This document shows, in pieces, positions 18,683-28,678 of a DNA stretch of 64,000 nt. Location of the stretch: contig JAWBRA010000008.1 of NCBI GenBank assembly GCA_038844785.1, positions 1 to 64,000 of the forward strand. The letters are read 5' to 3'. Numbering within the stretch: the stretch's first letter is position 1; each line of letters starts with the position of its first letter. Position numbers and translations under genes: made by a program. A model generated the notes under the pieces. It was not told the origin of the DNA. It did not search any database and saw nothing but the letters and a program-made list of their open reading frames with translations. Source of the stretch: Candidatus Caldarchaeum sp. GTDB taxonomy: Archaea > Thermoproteota > Nitrososphaeria_A > Caldarchaeales > Caldarchaeaceae.

Positions 18683-19230
18683 GGTGGAGGGGGTGGAGGC
18701 GGTTGAAAGCCTGGCTTGATTTGGAAAAAGGCAACAGCCAGAATGATGTAGGCTACAAGCTCTATTATAGCTCCAACCAAGATTATCATGAGGATTGCTC
18801 CTATGAATATTAACAGTCCGGCTGTGCGGAAGAGACCTATGCCTAATCGGTTTCCTGTAAGAGTTAACGATCTTCTGAGAAAGAGGCTTGAAACGACTGC
18901 AAAGACCCATACCACAGCTAAAGCCAGCAGGATGCTAAAGATCAAATTTCCAATGTTTGATCCATCAAGACCGCCCGCAAACATGGACAAGACTCCAACA
19001 CCTCCGACGACGATTCCCGCTACCGCACCTATTATGCCGACAACAACCGCTATTAACGCGTTTTTGAATATTTCCGGCTCATGAAAAATGTCGGAAAGCT
19101 GTTTCAACGATATCAGCAGGAGAATTAATCCCACAATGCTTAACGCGGAGCCTGCGTAGGGGACGATGGCTAAAACAAGAAGTATAGAGCCTATTCCTCC
19201 CAGCAAACGGGCTTGACTTATATCCGCCAT
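18679..19230 (-). CDS. DUF996-like membrane protein
   Basis: A.LLGGIGSIL, S.K.LSD.F....IF.NAL, LFRTAGL..FIGAIL..ILVG; poly-Pro tail. Confidence 0.75.
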   Translation of the reverse strand: MADISQARLLGGIGSILLVLAIVPYAGSALSIVGLILLLISLKQLSDIFHEPEIFKNALIAVVVGIIGAVAGIVVGGVGVLSMFAGGLDGSNIGNLIFSILLALAVVWVFAVVSSLFLRRSLTLTGNRLGIGLFRTAGLLIFIGAILMIILVGAIIELVAYIILAVAFFQIKPGFQPPPPPPP

Positions 19231-19240
19231 GTTCGGGAAG

Positions 19241-19942
19241 CTATTTCGAGGTTTTTAAAGTTTTGCACCCCATTTCTTCCACCCTTCCATCTTCGAACGC
19301 GATAAACATCCTGTCCGCAAGGCCTACGAACAATCCGTTTTCGAGAAGCCCGGGTATTTTTCTAAGCCGTTGCTCGAGCGATGCAGGGTCTGTGATTTCG
19401 CCGAAATCGGCATCCAGTACGTAGTTGCCGTTATCCGTCACAGTGGGACCGTTCTTAGCCTGCGACATACGCACAGCGACGGATGCGCCGATCTTCTCGA
19501 CCTCATCCACAACATAGCCTAAAGCGAAGGGCAGCACCTCCAGGGGAACTGGTTTGTTGAGTTTTTTCGAAAGCTTACGGCTTTCGCCCACGAATATCCT
19601 CAGCTTCGACGCTGACGCCAACACTTTCTCCCTCATCAACGCAGCACCGCCACCTTTGACCATGTTACAGCTCTCATCTGTTTGGTCAAAGCTGTCGATA
19701 TAGAGGTCTGGATGCGGGTTTCTATCCAGGCTGGTTAGCTGAAGCCCGGACCGGACGGCTTCCAAGTAGGTTTGCGAGGATGCGGGGATTAAGGTTATAC
19801 GTTTACCCAGCTTAGAGATCTCAGCCACGATGAGCGATACTGTTGAGCCGCTGCCTAAGCCCACAACCATCCCGTCTTCTATGAAGGATGTTACAGCCCT
19901 AGCCGCCGCCAGCCTCGCTCCGTCCATCCCCTCCACCTTCAA
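19241..19942 (-). CDS. rpiA: Ribose-5-phosphate isomerase A (start probably ATG at 19927)
   Basis: VGLGSGST, KGGGAALMREKV, PLEVLPF, TDNGNY.LD, IPGLLENGLF. Confidence 0.95.
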   Translation of the reverse strand: MKVEGMDGARLAAARAVTSFIEDGMVVGLGSGSTVSLIVAEISKLGKRITLIPASSQTYLEAVRSGLQLTSLDRNPHPDLYIDSFDQTDESCNMVKGGGAALMREKVLASASKLRIFVGESRKLSKKLNKPVPLEVLPFALGYVVDEVEKIGASVAVRMSQAKNGPTVTDNGNYVLDADFGEITDPASLEQRLRKIPGLLENGLFVGLADRMFIAFEDGRVEEMGCKTLKTSK

Positions 19943-20201
19943 ACCTCTCCAGCAGCTTCAGCGCCTTCTCCTCCGCAAGCCTCACTTTTTCCTCAGCCTC
20001 CAAAACAACCCTAGACAACCCAGTGTCCACCTGTTCAGGCAGGTCCGAGGCCTGTAAAACAACAACCTGCCTCCCAGGCTTAGTCACAACAGGTTTTACG
20101 CTCTTCGCCGAAGCGTACGCAACAGCTAAAGCGGTTGTGGCCGCGAAAAAACCTAGGATTACCGCCAAGTCTTCGAACAAACCCAGTACATACGCTGTCA
20201 A
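19899..20201 (-). CDS. Small membrane-anchored hypothetical protein
   Basis: N-terminal hydrophobic helix plus charged C-terminal helix; fills the gap upstream of rpiA. Confidence 0.5.
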   Translation of the reverse strand: MTAYVLGLFEDLAVILGFFAATTALAVAYASAKSVKPVVTKPGRQVVVLQASDLPEQVDTGLSRVVLEAEEKVRLAEEKALKLLERFEGGGDGRSEAGGG

Positions 20202-20290
20202 GCTGGCTATAAGCGTTAACGTAGTTTATGAATGCTGGTTTTCGAGAGTATTTCGGCAACATTATATTGGGCCTATCGTTTCAAAGTGGT

Positions 20291-20824
20291 ATGAAATTCA
20301 TTGCAGTGTTTGGCACTAAAAATTCTGGGAAAACTACATTGGTGGAGTATTTTGTAGAGAGATTTGTGAGGGACGGGTACAAAGTGGCCGCAGTGAAACA
20401 CATTCACCACCATTTCACAATCGACACGGAAAACAAGGACACGTGGAGGATGGCGCGGAAAGGAGCTAAAGTCGTAGCAAGCGTGTCGCCCAACGAGCTG
20501 GCTTTAATGTTCCACAGCGTTGAAAATCGGTGGGAAAACAGCTTGGAGAAGCTTTTCAAGATCTTGAACGATGAAGGATTAGATTTAGTGGTTTTTGAGG
20601 GGTTCCACATGGTTTTGGGAGGTAGGCCGGATGTTTACAAGCTCATAACAGTGAAGAACAGCGGCGATGTAGCCATTTTCCTACAAACGCTTAAACCACC
20701 GATACTAGCGATAGTCAACAACTCCGGCGAGCCTGTTCCCCAAACCACCATACCGGTTTATACGCCGCCGCTTTCAGAGGAACTATACCTCTATACGCGG
20801 AAAGCCATACAAATTTCAGCTTAA
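20291..20824 (+). CDS. mobB: Molybdopterin-guanine dinucleotide biosynthesis protein B
   Basis: G.KNSGKTTL, VAAVKH.HH.F.ID...KDTWR, EGF; ATG at 20291. Confidence 0.92.
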   Translation: MKFIAVFGTKNSGKTTLVEYFVERFVRDGYKVAAVKHIHHHFTIDTENKDTWRMARKGAKVVASVSPNELALMFHSVENRWENSLEKLFKILNDEGLDLVVFEGFHMVLGGRPDVYKLITVKNSGDVAIFLQTLKPPILAIVNNSGEPVPQTTIPVYTPPLSEELYLYTRKAIQISA

Positions 20825-20849
20825 AGCCAAGCTACTCGATAAGTTAACT

Positions 20850-21752
20850 GTGAAAGCTTGCGGACTCATACTTGCGGGAGGGGTGTCAAAAAGGTTTGGA
20901 GGAGACAAAGCATTCGCAATCGTCGACGGGGAGCCTATGGTTAAACACGCAGCTAGGACTCTGTATCAAGCGTTTGGCGAAGCTTATTTATCCGTCAACA
21001 CCGCGGAAAGAGGCGGCATGCTTTTTAACGCCGCAAGGCCATACGTTTCAGGCTTTATAGTGGATGTCTTTGACGCGGGACCTTTGAGCGGCCTGCTAAC
21101 AGCCGCCCATAAGGTTGAAGCCGAGGTTTTTGTCACAGCGCCAACGGATACTCCCTATTTAAAACCCTCTTCGTTAAGCAGCTTACTCCAGCAACATCTA
21201 GAGTCAGATGCCGACGCAGCGTCTGTTGTGTGGGGTAATGGGGCCGTTGAAACATTAATCCAAGCCGTGAAAAGGACGTGCTTGCTTAACTACGCAGAAA
21301 AGTTTCTCAACTTTAGGCGAAGCTTCCTCCGGCCCTCCGACATACTGAGGTCGGCTGAGAAACTTTTGCTCGTCCACGCCTCCAACCTTACCGATAACCC
21401 GCTTGAATTCTCAAACATAAACACTGTCGAAGACTTGTCGAACCCAAAACCACGCGGACCCTTGCAGGGTCATGTGAAAAACAATTTGCTGATAACCGGC
21501 TGCTCAAAGCATTTTTCAGATGCTGCGGAGAAATATGGTAGCGGGTCATATTACTCAGCTGGTTTAGGTTACATGGAGGAGGCGGCCACGTACCTCAAAC
21601 ATGGTGTGACACATCTGTCTTCGCATGCTTTTTTCGACGCCGCCAAAACCTTCCAAAAAGCGGGGAATGCAGAGGCTTCAAATCTTATGGAGCATCTTGC
21701 GCTACTGGCTAAGCAATGGATGAACATAAAGGAGGATCACGCAGAAGGTTGA
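20850..21752 (+). CDS. mobA: Molybdenum cofactor guanylyltransferase with C-terminal helical extension
   Basis: ILAGG.SKRFGGDKA, GPLSGL, DTP, NINTVEDL. Confidence 0.88.
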   Translation: MKACGLILAGGVSKRFGGDKAFAIVDGEPMVKHAARTLYQAFGEAYLSVNTAERGGMLFNAARPYVSGFIVDVFDAGPLSGLLTAAHKVEAEVFVTAPTDTPYLKPSSLSSLLQQHLESDADAASVVWGNGAVETLIQAVKRTCLLNYAEKFLNFRRSFLRPSDILRSAEKLLLVHASNLTDNPLEFSNINTVEDLSNPKPRGPLQGHVKNNLLITGCSKHFSDAAEKYGSGSYYSAGLGYMEEAATYLKHGVTHLSSHAFFDAAKTFQKAGNAEASNLMEHLALLAKQWMNIKEDHAEG

Positions 21753-21797
21753 AAGATGTTGAGCTATGCTTTAATTTTGGCTAAGTAAGCTACATGC

Positions 21798-22064
21798 ATG
21801 GCTAAAGTACTGATGGTGGTCCGAATCCTACCGCGTGACTCTGAGACTGACTTGAACCGTCTTCTTGATAAGATCGTCAAAACGCTTCCCAACGATATCA
21901 GGGTCTGCGACAGCGGAAGGGAGGAGATTGGTTTTGGCCTTGAGGCCCTTGTTGTCGGGTTTCTCATGCCAGAGATGGAGGGCGTAGGCGAGGATTTAGA
22001 AAGACGTTTAGCAAGCATCGAAGAAGTTGGGGAGATAGACATCCAGTCTGTAACTCGTGTCTAA
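21798..22064 (+). CDS. ef1b: Archaeal translation elongation factor 1-beta
   Basis: V...ILP....DL, EEIGFGL.AL, 88 aa. Confidence 0.92.
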   Translation: MAKVLMVVRILPRDSETDLNRLLDKIVKTLPNDIRVCDSGREEIGFGLEALVVGFLMPEMEGVGEDLERRLASIEEVGEIDIQSVTRV

Positions 22065-23185
22065 TGATTTGGGGGCTGGCCAGCCTCGATTTCCTCGACT
22101 AACGCGGCAAGCCTTCTCAACGCGAATATTTTCTCACCCTCGCCCATCCTCGCCCTCATCACAGCTTCTCTCAAAATACCTGCAGACTCGAGCATTGCCT
22201 TCCTGTCAACATAGTAGGGCCTGCCGCTCTTAGTCCCATATGCATAAGCATACTTGACGGGGTCTTTCCAAGAGGCTTTAGACCCATATATAAGACAAGC
22301 CACGTAAGCCAAACCCCTTACCGTGGCAGGACCGACGCCCGACATGGTTAGGAGCTCTTCAAACCTTCTCACGTTTTTCACGGCACGGAGGGTCTCCTCG
22401 TCAAGCTTCCTCGGCGGCATGAGATGCTGGGGCAGCCTCTCAATCTCCATGGAAGGACCTCTGTCTAAGAGACATTGTTTTTTCATCAAGGACTTCGCCT
22501 GCGCTAAATCCTCGTTAATCCTGCTTGGCGGCGTGTCAGAAAGCATCTCGATGATTGTTTTACGTGTTTCGGTTGACTGTTTGCTTGTCATGTCGAGTAC
22601 AATCTCCTCCACCCGGTCGCTCACGATCTCGGTATGAGGCTCTTGGACCGTAGCCCCTACCTCACTAGACCAGTGATACCTTCTTGCTGTCAGGTTTTCC
22701 GTGTTCATTCCCTGGTTTACGATAGTCCACTTACCGCTCTCAGAAACAATCGCTGCGTGGAAGTAAATGTTGTAAGAGTCTTGGAGTGCCGCTTCATCCA
22801 CCGCGCACGTCAGCCTTGATACACGTCTTAGCTCGCCTACATCCTCCACACCTATTTCGCTCAAGACCCTAGCTGCCTCCAGCTGAGCCATCCGCATCTC
22901 GCCTCCCTTCCCGCCCAAAACCCTTAACGGAACCTCTGTCCCAGCCAGAGCCTGCTTTATGGCCTTGAGGGTGACGGTTGTCTGGCCGCTGGTGTTCCAC
23001 TCAAACCCGAGGACGCAGGAAAGAGAAGTAAGCCAGAACGGGTTGGCAAACCTCCTAGCCACCTCGTCTGGCCCCATAAAGTCACACAACGCCCTAACAA
23101 TCTCCCTGCCAAGCTCAACCATCTCCCTGAAATGGGGTACCGAGCCTTCAGCCAGCCAGAGGGTAGCTGAGCCGGAGCGCTTCAT
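22061..23185 (-). CDS. DUF763 family protein
   Basis: RFANPFW..L.CVLG.EWN.SG.TT, VDEAALQD.Y.IYFH, NQGMN....ARRYHW, GVGPATVR.LA, DPVKYAYA.G.K.G.P. Confidence 0.8.
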   Translation of the reverse strand: MKRSGSATLWLAEGSVPHFREMVELGREIVRALCDFMGPDEVARRFANPFWLTSLSCVLGFEWNTSGQTTVTLKAIKQALAGTEVPLRVLGGKGGEMRMAQLEAARVLSEIGVEDVGELRRVSRLTCAVDEAALQDSYNIYFHAAIVSESGKWTIVNQGMNTENLTARRYHWSSEVGATVQEPHTEIVSDRVEEIVLDMTSKQSTETRKTIIEMLSDTPPSRINEDLAQAKSLMKKQCLLDRGPSMEIERLPQHLMPPRKLDEETLRAVKNVRRFEELLTMSGVGPATVRGLAYVACLIYGSKASWKDPVKYAYAYGTKSGRPYYVDRKAMLESAGILREAVMRARMGEGEKIFALRRLAALVEEIEAGQPPNH

Positions 23186-23295
23186 CCTTCATCCAATAAT
23201 AACTATCAAGAAAACAAAATATATCGTTTACCCACGGGGCTACTGACCCTAAACTTTCTCTTCGTGAACGTATTTATAGACGGTGTGCAAATACT

Positions 23296-23964
23296 TTGCA
23301 AATGCCACCCAGCATAGTCTCGGTTTACATTGCATGCAGGCCTAAAAATTGCTGGGTTGCGAGGCTTGCAAAGGCTTTTAGAAACATTAACGTGAGAGTT
23401 GTTGAGCACTCTACTCAGCAGGCAAACTGGCATCACCAGCTCTTCCGAATAACAGCGGGAGATCATGCGCAGCAGGTTGCAAGATTTTTGCAGAATGAAC
23501 CTTCTCTCCAACGCCTCCAAGTAGTCATGGGGAGGAATACTCACATTTTCGGCTACGCCATGTCTTTATGCGGCGGATGCGGTTTGGAGCTGGCTGAAGA
23601 CTGCATAGTTAGAAGCGTGTCCTCAACAAAAGACGGCAGCGTGATATGGCATGTAATAGGCATAGGCGAAAACGTCAGAAGCTTCATGAACATGCTAGTG
23701 AACAGGGATATAGCTTTTAAAATTGTTCGCCAGCAAACCCTCAGATGGAACGGCATACTCACCCATAGACAGGAGATGGTTTTGACAACAGCTTTGGAGA
23801 ACGGATACTTCGATTATCCACGGCGAGTTGGTGTAAGAACGTTGGCAGCACAGCTTGGGATCTCTCCTTCAACCGTGTTAGAAACGCTTAGGAAGGGTCT
23901 GAAGAAGGTTGTAAGAGAGTACATGATGATGTTAGGGGTTTCAGAGCTTACTGAGCTGGCTTGA
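23296..23964 (+). CDS. Cys-rich regulator with C-terminal HTH-10 (Bat/NarO/DmsR-like)
   Basis: LTHRQE.VL..A.E.GYFDYPR......LA.QLGISPSTV.E.LRKG; N-terminal CxxxxC and CxxC...C; directly upstream of the oxidoreductase operon. Confidence 0.82.
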   Translation: MQMPPSIVSVYIACRPKNCWVARLAKAFRNINVRVVEHSTQQANWHHQLFRITAGDHAQQVARFLQNEPSLQRLQVVMGRNTHIFGYAMSLCGGCGLELAEDCIVRSVSSTKDGSVIWHVIGIGENVRSFMNMLVNRDIAFKIVRQQTLRWNGILTHRQEMVLTTALENGYFDYPRRVGVRTLAAQLGISPSTVLETLRKGLKKVVREYMMMLGVSELTELA

Positions 23965-23984
23965 TCCTTAATTATTTTAGGAAA

Positions 23985-23998
23985 CCGAACACGTTCGG
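23985..23998. promoter_or_regulatory. Palindrome CCGAAC-AC-GTTCGG (CGAA-N4-TTCG), putative operator of the nar/nxr operon
   Basis: Perfect 6-bp inverted repeat ~45 nt upstream of the alpha-subunit ATG, followed by an AT-rich TATA-like segment. Confidence 0.6.
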
Positions 23999-24042
23999 CA
24001 CATCATTAATCTACCGGGCTTATAGAATTATTGTTAACAGCG

Positions 24043-27000
24043 ATGAAGATATCGCGACGCGAGTTTGTTAAGCTTATTCAATCAACAGTTGCCGTTTCCA
24101 CAATTGCTTCTCTACTGCCGGAGGATGGTTTCGGATTTCAGTACATCGAGCCCATAGACCCGTCGATAAATCCATTGAAAACCTACCCCCCAAGGGATTG
24201 GGAACGGGTTTACAGGGAGCTTTAACGCCCGATGAAATGTTTCATTATCTCTGCGCGCCCAACGATACCCATGGATGCCTGCTGAAAGCAAGCGTAAAAA
24301 ACGGGGTTGTAGTTTACGTTGACCCTTCATACGGATATGGTAAAGCGACGGACATTTTCGGCAACAGGGCCTCTGCGCGATGGGACCCGAGGGCGTGCAT
24401 CAGCGGACTCTCCTACGTGAGAAGGTTCTACTCGGACAAAAGGATTGAAGGGAGCGTACGTGAGAAAAGGCTTCAAGCAATGGGTTGACGAAGGGTTCCC
24501 AAGAGACCCAGAAACGGGTAAACCGCCAAGCCGATACTTTCAAAGAGGTAAAGAAGAATTTGTCAAGGTCTCCTATGAAGAAGCTTTCGAGATAATCGCC
24601 AAAGCAATCATCAACATAGTAACAACCTACAGCGGTGAGGAGGGGAGAAGAAACTGCTTAAGCAGGGATACGACCCAGCCATGGTCGAGGCGATGGAGGG
24701 GGCTGGGACACGCGTGCTCAAGTTTAGAGGAGGGGTGCCTTTCATCTCACCGATTAGGACAGGCGGTTTTTACAGGTTCGCCAACATGATGGCCCTGCTC
24801 GACGCCGTTGTCAGAGGCGTGGGGCCGGAGGAAGCGAAGGGAGCTAGGGGATGGGACAACTATGCATGGCACACCGACCTCCCTCCAGGCCATCCAATGG
24901 TCACGGGCGTGAAGACCCTTGACTTCGACCTTTACACCGCGGAAAACGCCAAGCTGATCATACTCTGGGGAATGAACTGGATAGCCACTAAAATACCTGA
25001 CGGACATTGGCTGACTGAGGCAAAGCTGAGGGGTGCTAAAGTCGTCACAATAGCCCCCGAGTACCAGTCCTCCAGCTCTAAGGCTGACTGGGTTGTTGTG
25101 ACAAGAGCTGGAACAGACCATGCTTTAGCTCTAGGGCTTGCTCACGTTATAATCAGGGACAGACTTTATGACGAGAGGTTTGTCAAATCGTTCACAGACC
25201 TGCCATTACTCGTGAGGATGGACAATCTCAAACTCTTGAGAGCCCGTGACATCATAAGGGATTGGCGTCCTGCTCAGCTCAAAAACTATGTCAAAGTCCT
25301 TTCATCAGGAGAGCCGTCTCCGCCATACTTCCAGCAGGCAACACAGCTTCTTCCAGAAGGCTTGAGGAAGGAGATAGACGACTTTGTTGTATGGGATTAT
25401 GCGTCACGTAGTTTTAAAGTTGTCACAAGGGATAACGTTGGAGAGCATTTCAGAGCGCTTGGCCTTGATCCAGCCCTCGAAGGCGAGTTCGAGGTAGAGA
25501 CCGTCGAAGGAGCCAAGGTGAAAGTGCGTCCAGTATTTGACCTGCTGAAACAATATCTTGAGGAGAACTTTGACCCCATCACTGTTTCAGAGATAACATG
25601 GGTCGCCCCAGAGGCCGTTGAAGAGCTTGCTAGGCTCATAGCTGCCAACAAGTCTCGAACGCTTTTCGTCGAAGGCATGGGGCCGAACCACATGTACCAC
25701 AGCGACCTAAAGGACCGTGGGATACTTCTTGTTGCAAGCCTGACCGATAACATCGGACATTTCGGCGGGACCGTTGGAAGCTATGCAGGTAACTACCGTA
25801 TGGAGCTGGTGAACGGAGTTTCACAATGGATTACGGAGGACCCGTTCAACATAGAGCTAGACCCTGAAAAGCCGGCGAAGGTCAAAGCCTATTTCAAGCC
25901 AGAGTCAGCACACTACTATGCATACGACGACAGGCCGTTGAGGGTTGGAAACAAGCTGTTCACAGGCAAGACTCATATGCCGACGCCTACTAAAGCCACT
26001 TTCTGGGCAAACACCAACTCAATCCTCGGCAACAGCAAATGGGCTCACAACATCATGGTAAACACTCTTCCGAAGATAGAGTTGATAATGGTGAACGACT
26101 GGCTGTGGACGGCCACATGCGAGTACGCCGACGTAGTGTTCGGAGTCGACAGCTGGATTGAAAGAAAGAAGCCAGATGTGTATGCCTCAGTAACAAACCC
26201 ATTTCTGCAGGCATGGCCTAGAACTCCGCTTCCCCGCATCTTCAACACCCGCGACGATGTGGATGTTTTGGCCGGCATAGCGTTAAAGCTTTCCGAGCTC
26301 ACAGGCGACAGAAGGTTCAGGGATTACTGGCACTTCGTCTTAGAGGACAAGGTAGAAGCAATTTTAAACAGGGTTTTCAACGCAGGAAACTGCACACGCG
26401 GCTACACCTTCGAAGCTCTCGAGGAAAGCTGCAAAAAGGGCACGCCTTTCCTGATGCTTACAAGAACCAGCCCTAGGATAACCGGCTGGGAGCAGACAAA
26501 CGAGAGCAAGCCATGGTACACCAAGACCGGCCGCCTCGAATTTTACAGAGAAGAGGAGGAGTTCATAGAGTATGGCGAGAACCTGCCGGTTTACAGGGAG
26601 CCTATCGACAGCACATTCTACGAGCCAAACGTAATAGTCTCAAAACCGCATCCGGCGATAAGGCCCAAGCAGCCTTCTGAATACGGCATTGCCGTCATGG
26701 ACTTGTCCACCGAGGTGCGGCAGGTCAGAAACGTTGTCAAACCATGGGAGGAGGTTAGGGCAACAAGCCATCCGTTAGCTGAAAAAGGCTTCACGCATGT
26801 GCTGGTCACTCCAAAGTATAGGCATGCATGCCACACCATGGGAGCTAGCACAGATCTTGAGGTTACGTTTTTCGGACCGTTTGGAGACTTCTACAGACAC
26901 GACCCAAGAAAGCCATGGGTGGGCGAGGGCTACATCGACATCAACCCGTTGGATGCGAAACGTCTAGGGATAGAGGACGGAGACTATGTATGGTGCGACG

Positions 27001-27512
27001 CAGACCCCTCCGACAGGCCTTTCGTAGGATGGGTTGCAAAGCCTGAGGACTACAAGGTTTTCAGATGGCTTGTCAGAGCCAGACACTATCCTAACATAGC
27101 TCCAGGCATAGCTCGTGCATGGTTTCACTTCTACGTCTCAACCCACGGCTCTGTCGAAGGACATGAGAAGAGAGCTGATAAACTTGCCAAAAACCCGAGA
27201 ACAGGCTATCAAGCAGCCTACAGGTATGGCAGCCATCAATCCACAACAAGGACATGGCTGAAGCCAACCCTGCAGACAGACAGCCTTTTCAGAAAATAGT
27301 ACTACGGACAGCTGATAGGGAAGGGTTTTGCGCTAGATGTCCACCAGCTGGTGGGCGCTCCGAAAGAAGCCTTCGTCAAAATCACCAGAGCCGAGCCTGG
27401 CGGGGAAGACGGAAAAGGACTTTGGAACCCTGCCGCCTCCGCGATGAGGCCTATGTATGCTTCTGAGCCTATGAAGAAGTATCTTGCGGGGCTTTTCGTG
27501 GAGGTGGTGTGA
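24043..27512 (+). pseudogene. narG: Tat-exported nitrate reductase/nitrite oxidoreductase alpha subunit (type II DMSO reductase family), interrupted by 3 frameshifts and one TAG
   Basis: ISRREF Tat motif; CAPNDTHGC...PRAC FS0 region; WHTDLPPGHP; KTGRLEFY; YRYGSHQS.TR.W; frameshifts near 24223, 24451 and 24646; in-frame TAG 27297-27299 followed by homologous sequence (..APKEAFVKITRAEPGG..) to TGA at 27510-27512. Confidence 0.88.
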
Positions 27513-27513
27513 G

Positions 27514-28668
27514 ATGCCGAAGGTCTACAACTGGCAGATCGGAAGGGAGATGGATTACTGGTATGAGGCGGCGCGTCCAAGACGGCAGGCTGGAGCAGTG
27601 TTTGACACAAACAAGTGCATCGCCTGCCAGACGTGTACGGTTGCCTGCAAAACAACGTGGATGTCCGGAAAAGGCCAGGAATACATGTACTGGAACAACG
27701 TTGAGACCAAGCCCTGGGGCTCCTACCCTATGGGATGGGATGTAAACATTCTAAACATGCTCGGTCCTCAGCGATGGACCAAGAACGGCGACAGATATGT
27801 TTATCAAGGCAAGACGTTATTCGAAGCGACGCCAGCAAACGAGAGAGTTTTAGGCTATCTTCCCAGCGACATTGAATACGCGTATCCTAACAGAGGAGAG
27901 GATGAGACAAACCAGCCGTTAACCAACGAAAAATTCTACCTGAAGCTTCCGCATGACGTGTGGTTCTTCTACCTGCCTCGCATCTATAACCACTGCACAT
28001 ACCCTGCATGTCTAGCAGCATGTCCTAGGATGGCGATCTACAAAAGGCCGGAGGACGGCATAGTATTAATCGACCAGCTTCGATGCCGTGGATACAGGGA
28101 GTGTGTGCAAGCTTGCCCTTACAAGAAGGTTTTTTACAATCATGTTACGAGGATATCGGAGAAATGTGTCCTCTGCTACCCCGCCGTTGAAAGAGGTATT
28201 TGGCCACGCTGCATGAGGACGTGCATAGGTAAGATTAGGATGTTCGGCTATGTGAACACTCCTGAAAAAGCCGACCCCGAGAACCCGCTTGACTTCCTAA
28301 TACACGTTAAGAAAGTAGCTCTTCCGCTTCTACCCCAGCTGGGGCTCGAGCCTAACATTTACTACATACCGCCGGTACACGTCGGCAACATCAACTTCCT
28401 CAGAATGCTTTTCGGGCCAGGCGTGGACCAAGCCATCCAAACCTACAGAAAAGCCATGGCTGGAAGGGATACAGAACTTGTTGCGGCGCTTGTGTTGAAC
28501 GTTTCAACCGACAGGATTATGACAAAGTTCAAAGTCATAGGGGGTTCGGAGGTAGCTGGTTACGATGAGAATGGCCACGAGGTTGTGAGAGTGCCTTTGA
28601 AAGAGCCTTCTGTAGTGAGACCCTTCTTCGACGAAAAGCACCAAACTTTCAGGCATAACATTACATGA
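27514..28668 (+). CDS. narH: Nitrate reductase/nitrite oxidoreductase beta (Fe-S) subunit
   Basis: VYNWQIGR, NKCIACQTCTVACK, WNNVETKP, CRGYRECVQACPYKK, EKCVLCYP, CMRTCIGKIR; ATG at 27514. Confidence 0.92.
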   Translation: MPKVYNWQIGREMDYWYEAARPRRQAGAVFDTNKCIACQTCTVACKTTWMSGKGQEYMYWNNVETKPWGSYPMGWDVNILNMLGPQRWTKNGDRYVYQGKTLFEATPANERVLGYLPSDIEYAYPNRGEDETNQPLTNEKFYLKLPHDVWFFYLPRIYNHCTYPACLAACPRMAIYKRPEDGIVLIDQLRCRGYRECVQACPYKKVFYNHVTRISEKCVLCYPAVERGIWPRCMRTCIGKIRMFGYVNTPEKADPENPLDFLIHVKKVALPLLPQLGLEPNIYYIPPVHVGNINFLRMLFGPGVDQAIQTYRKAMAGRDTELVAALVLNVSTDRIMTKFKVIGGSEVAGYDENGHEVVRVPLKEPSVVRPFFDEKHQTFRHNIT

Positions 28669-28678
28669 GGTGGGTTAG

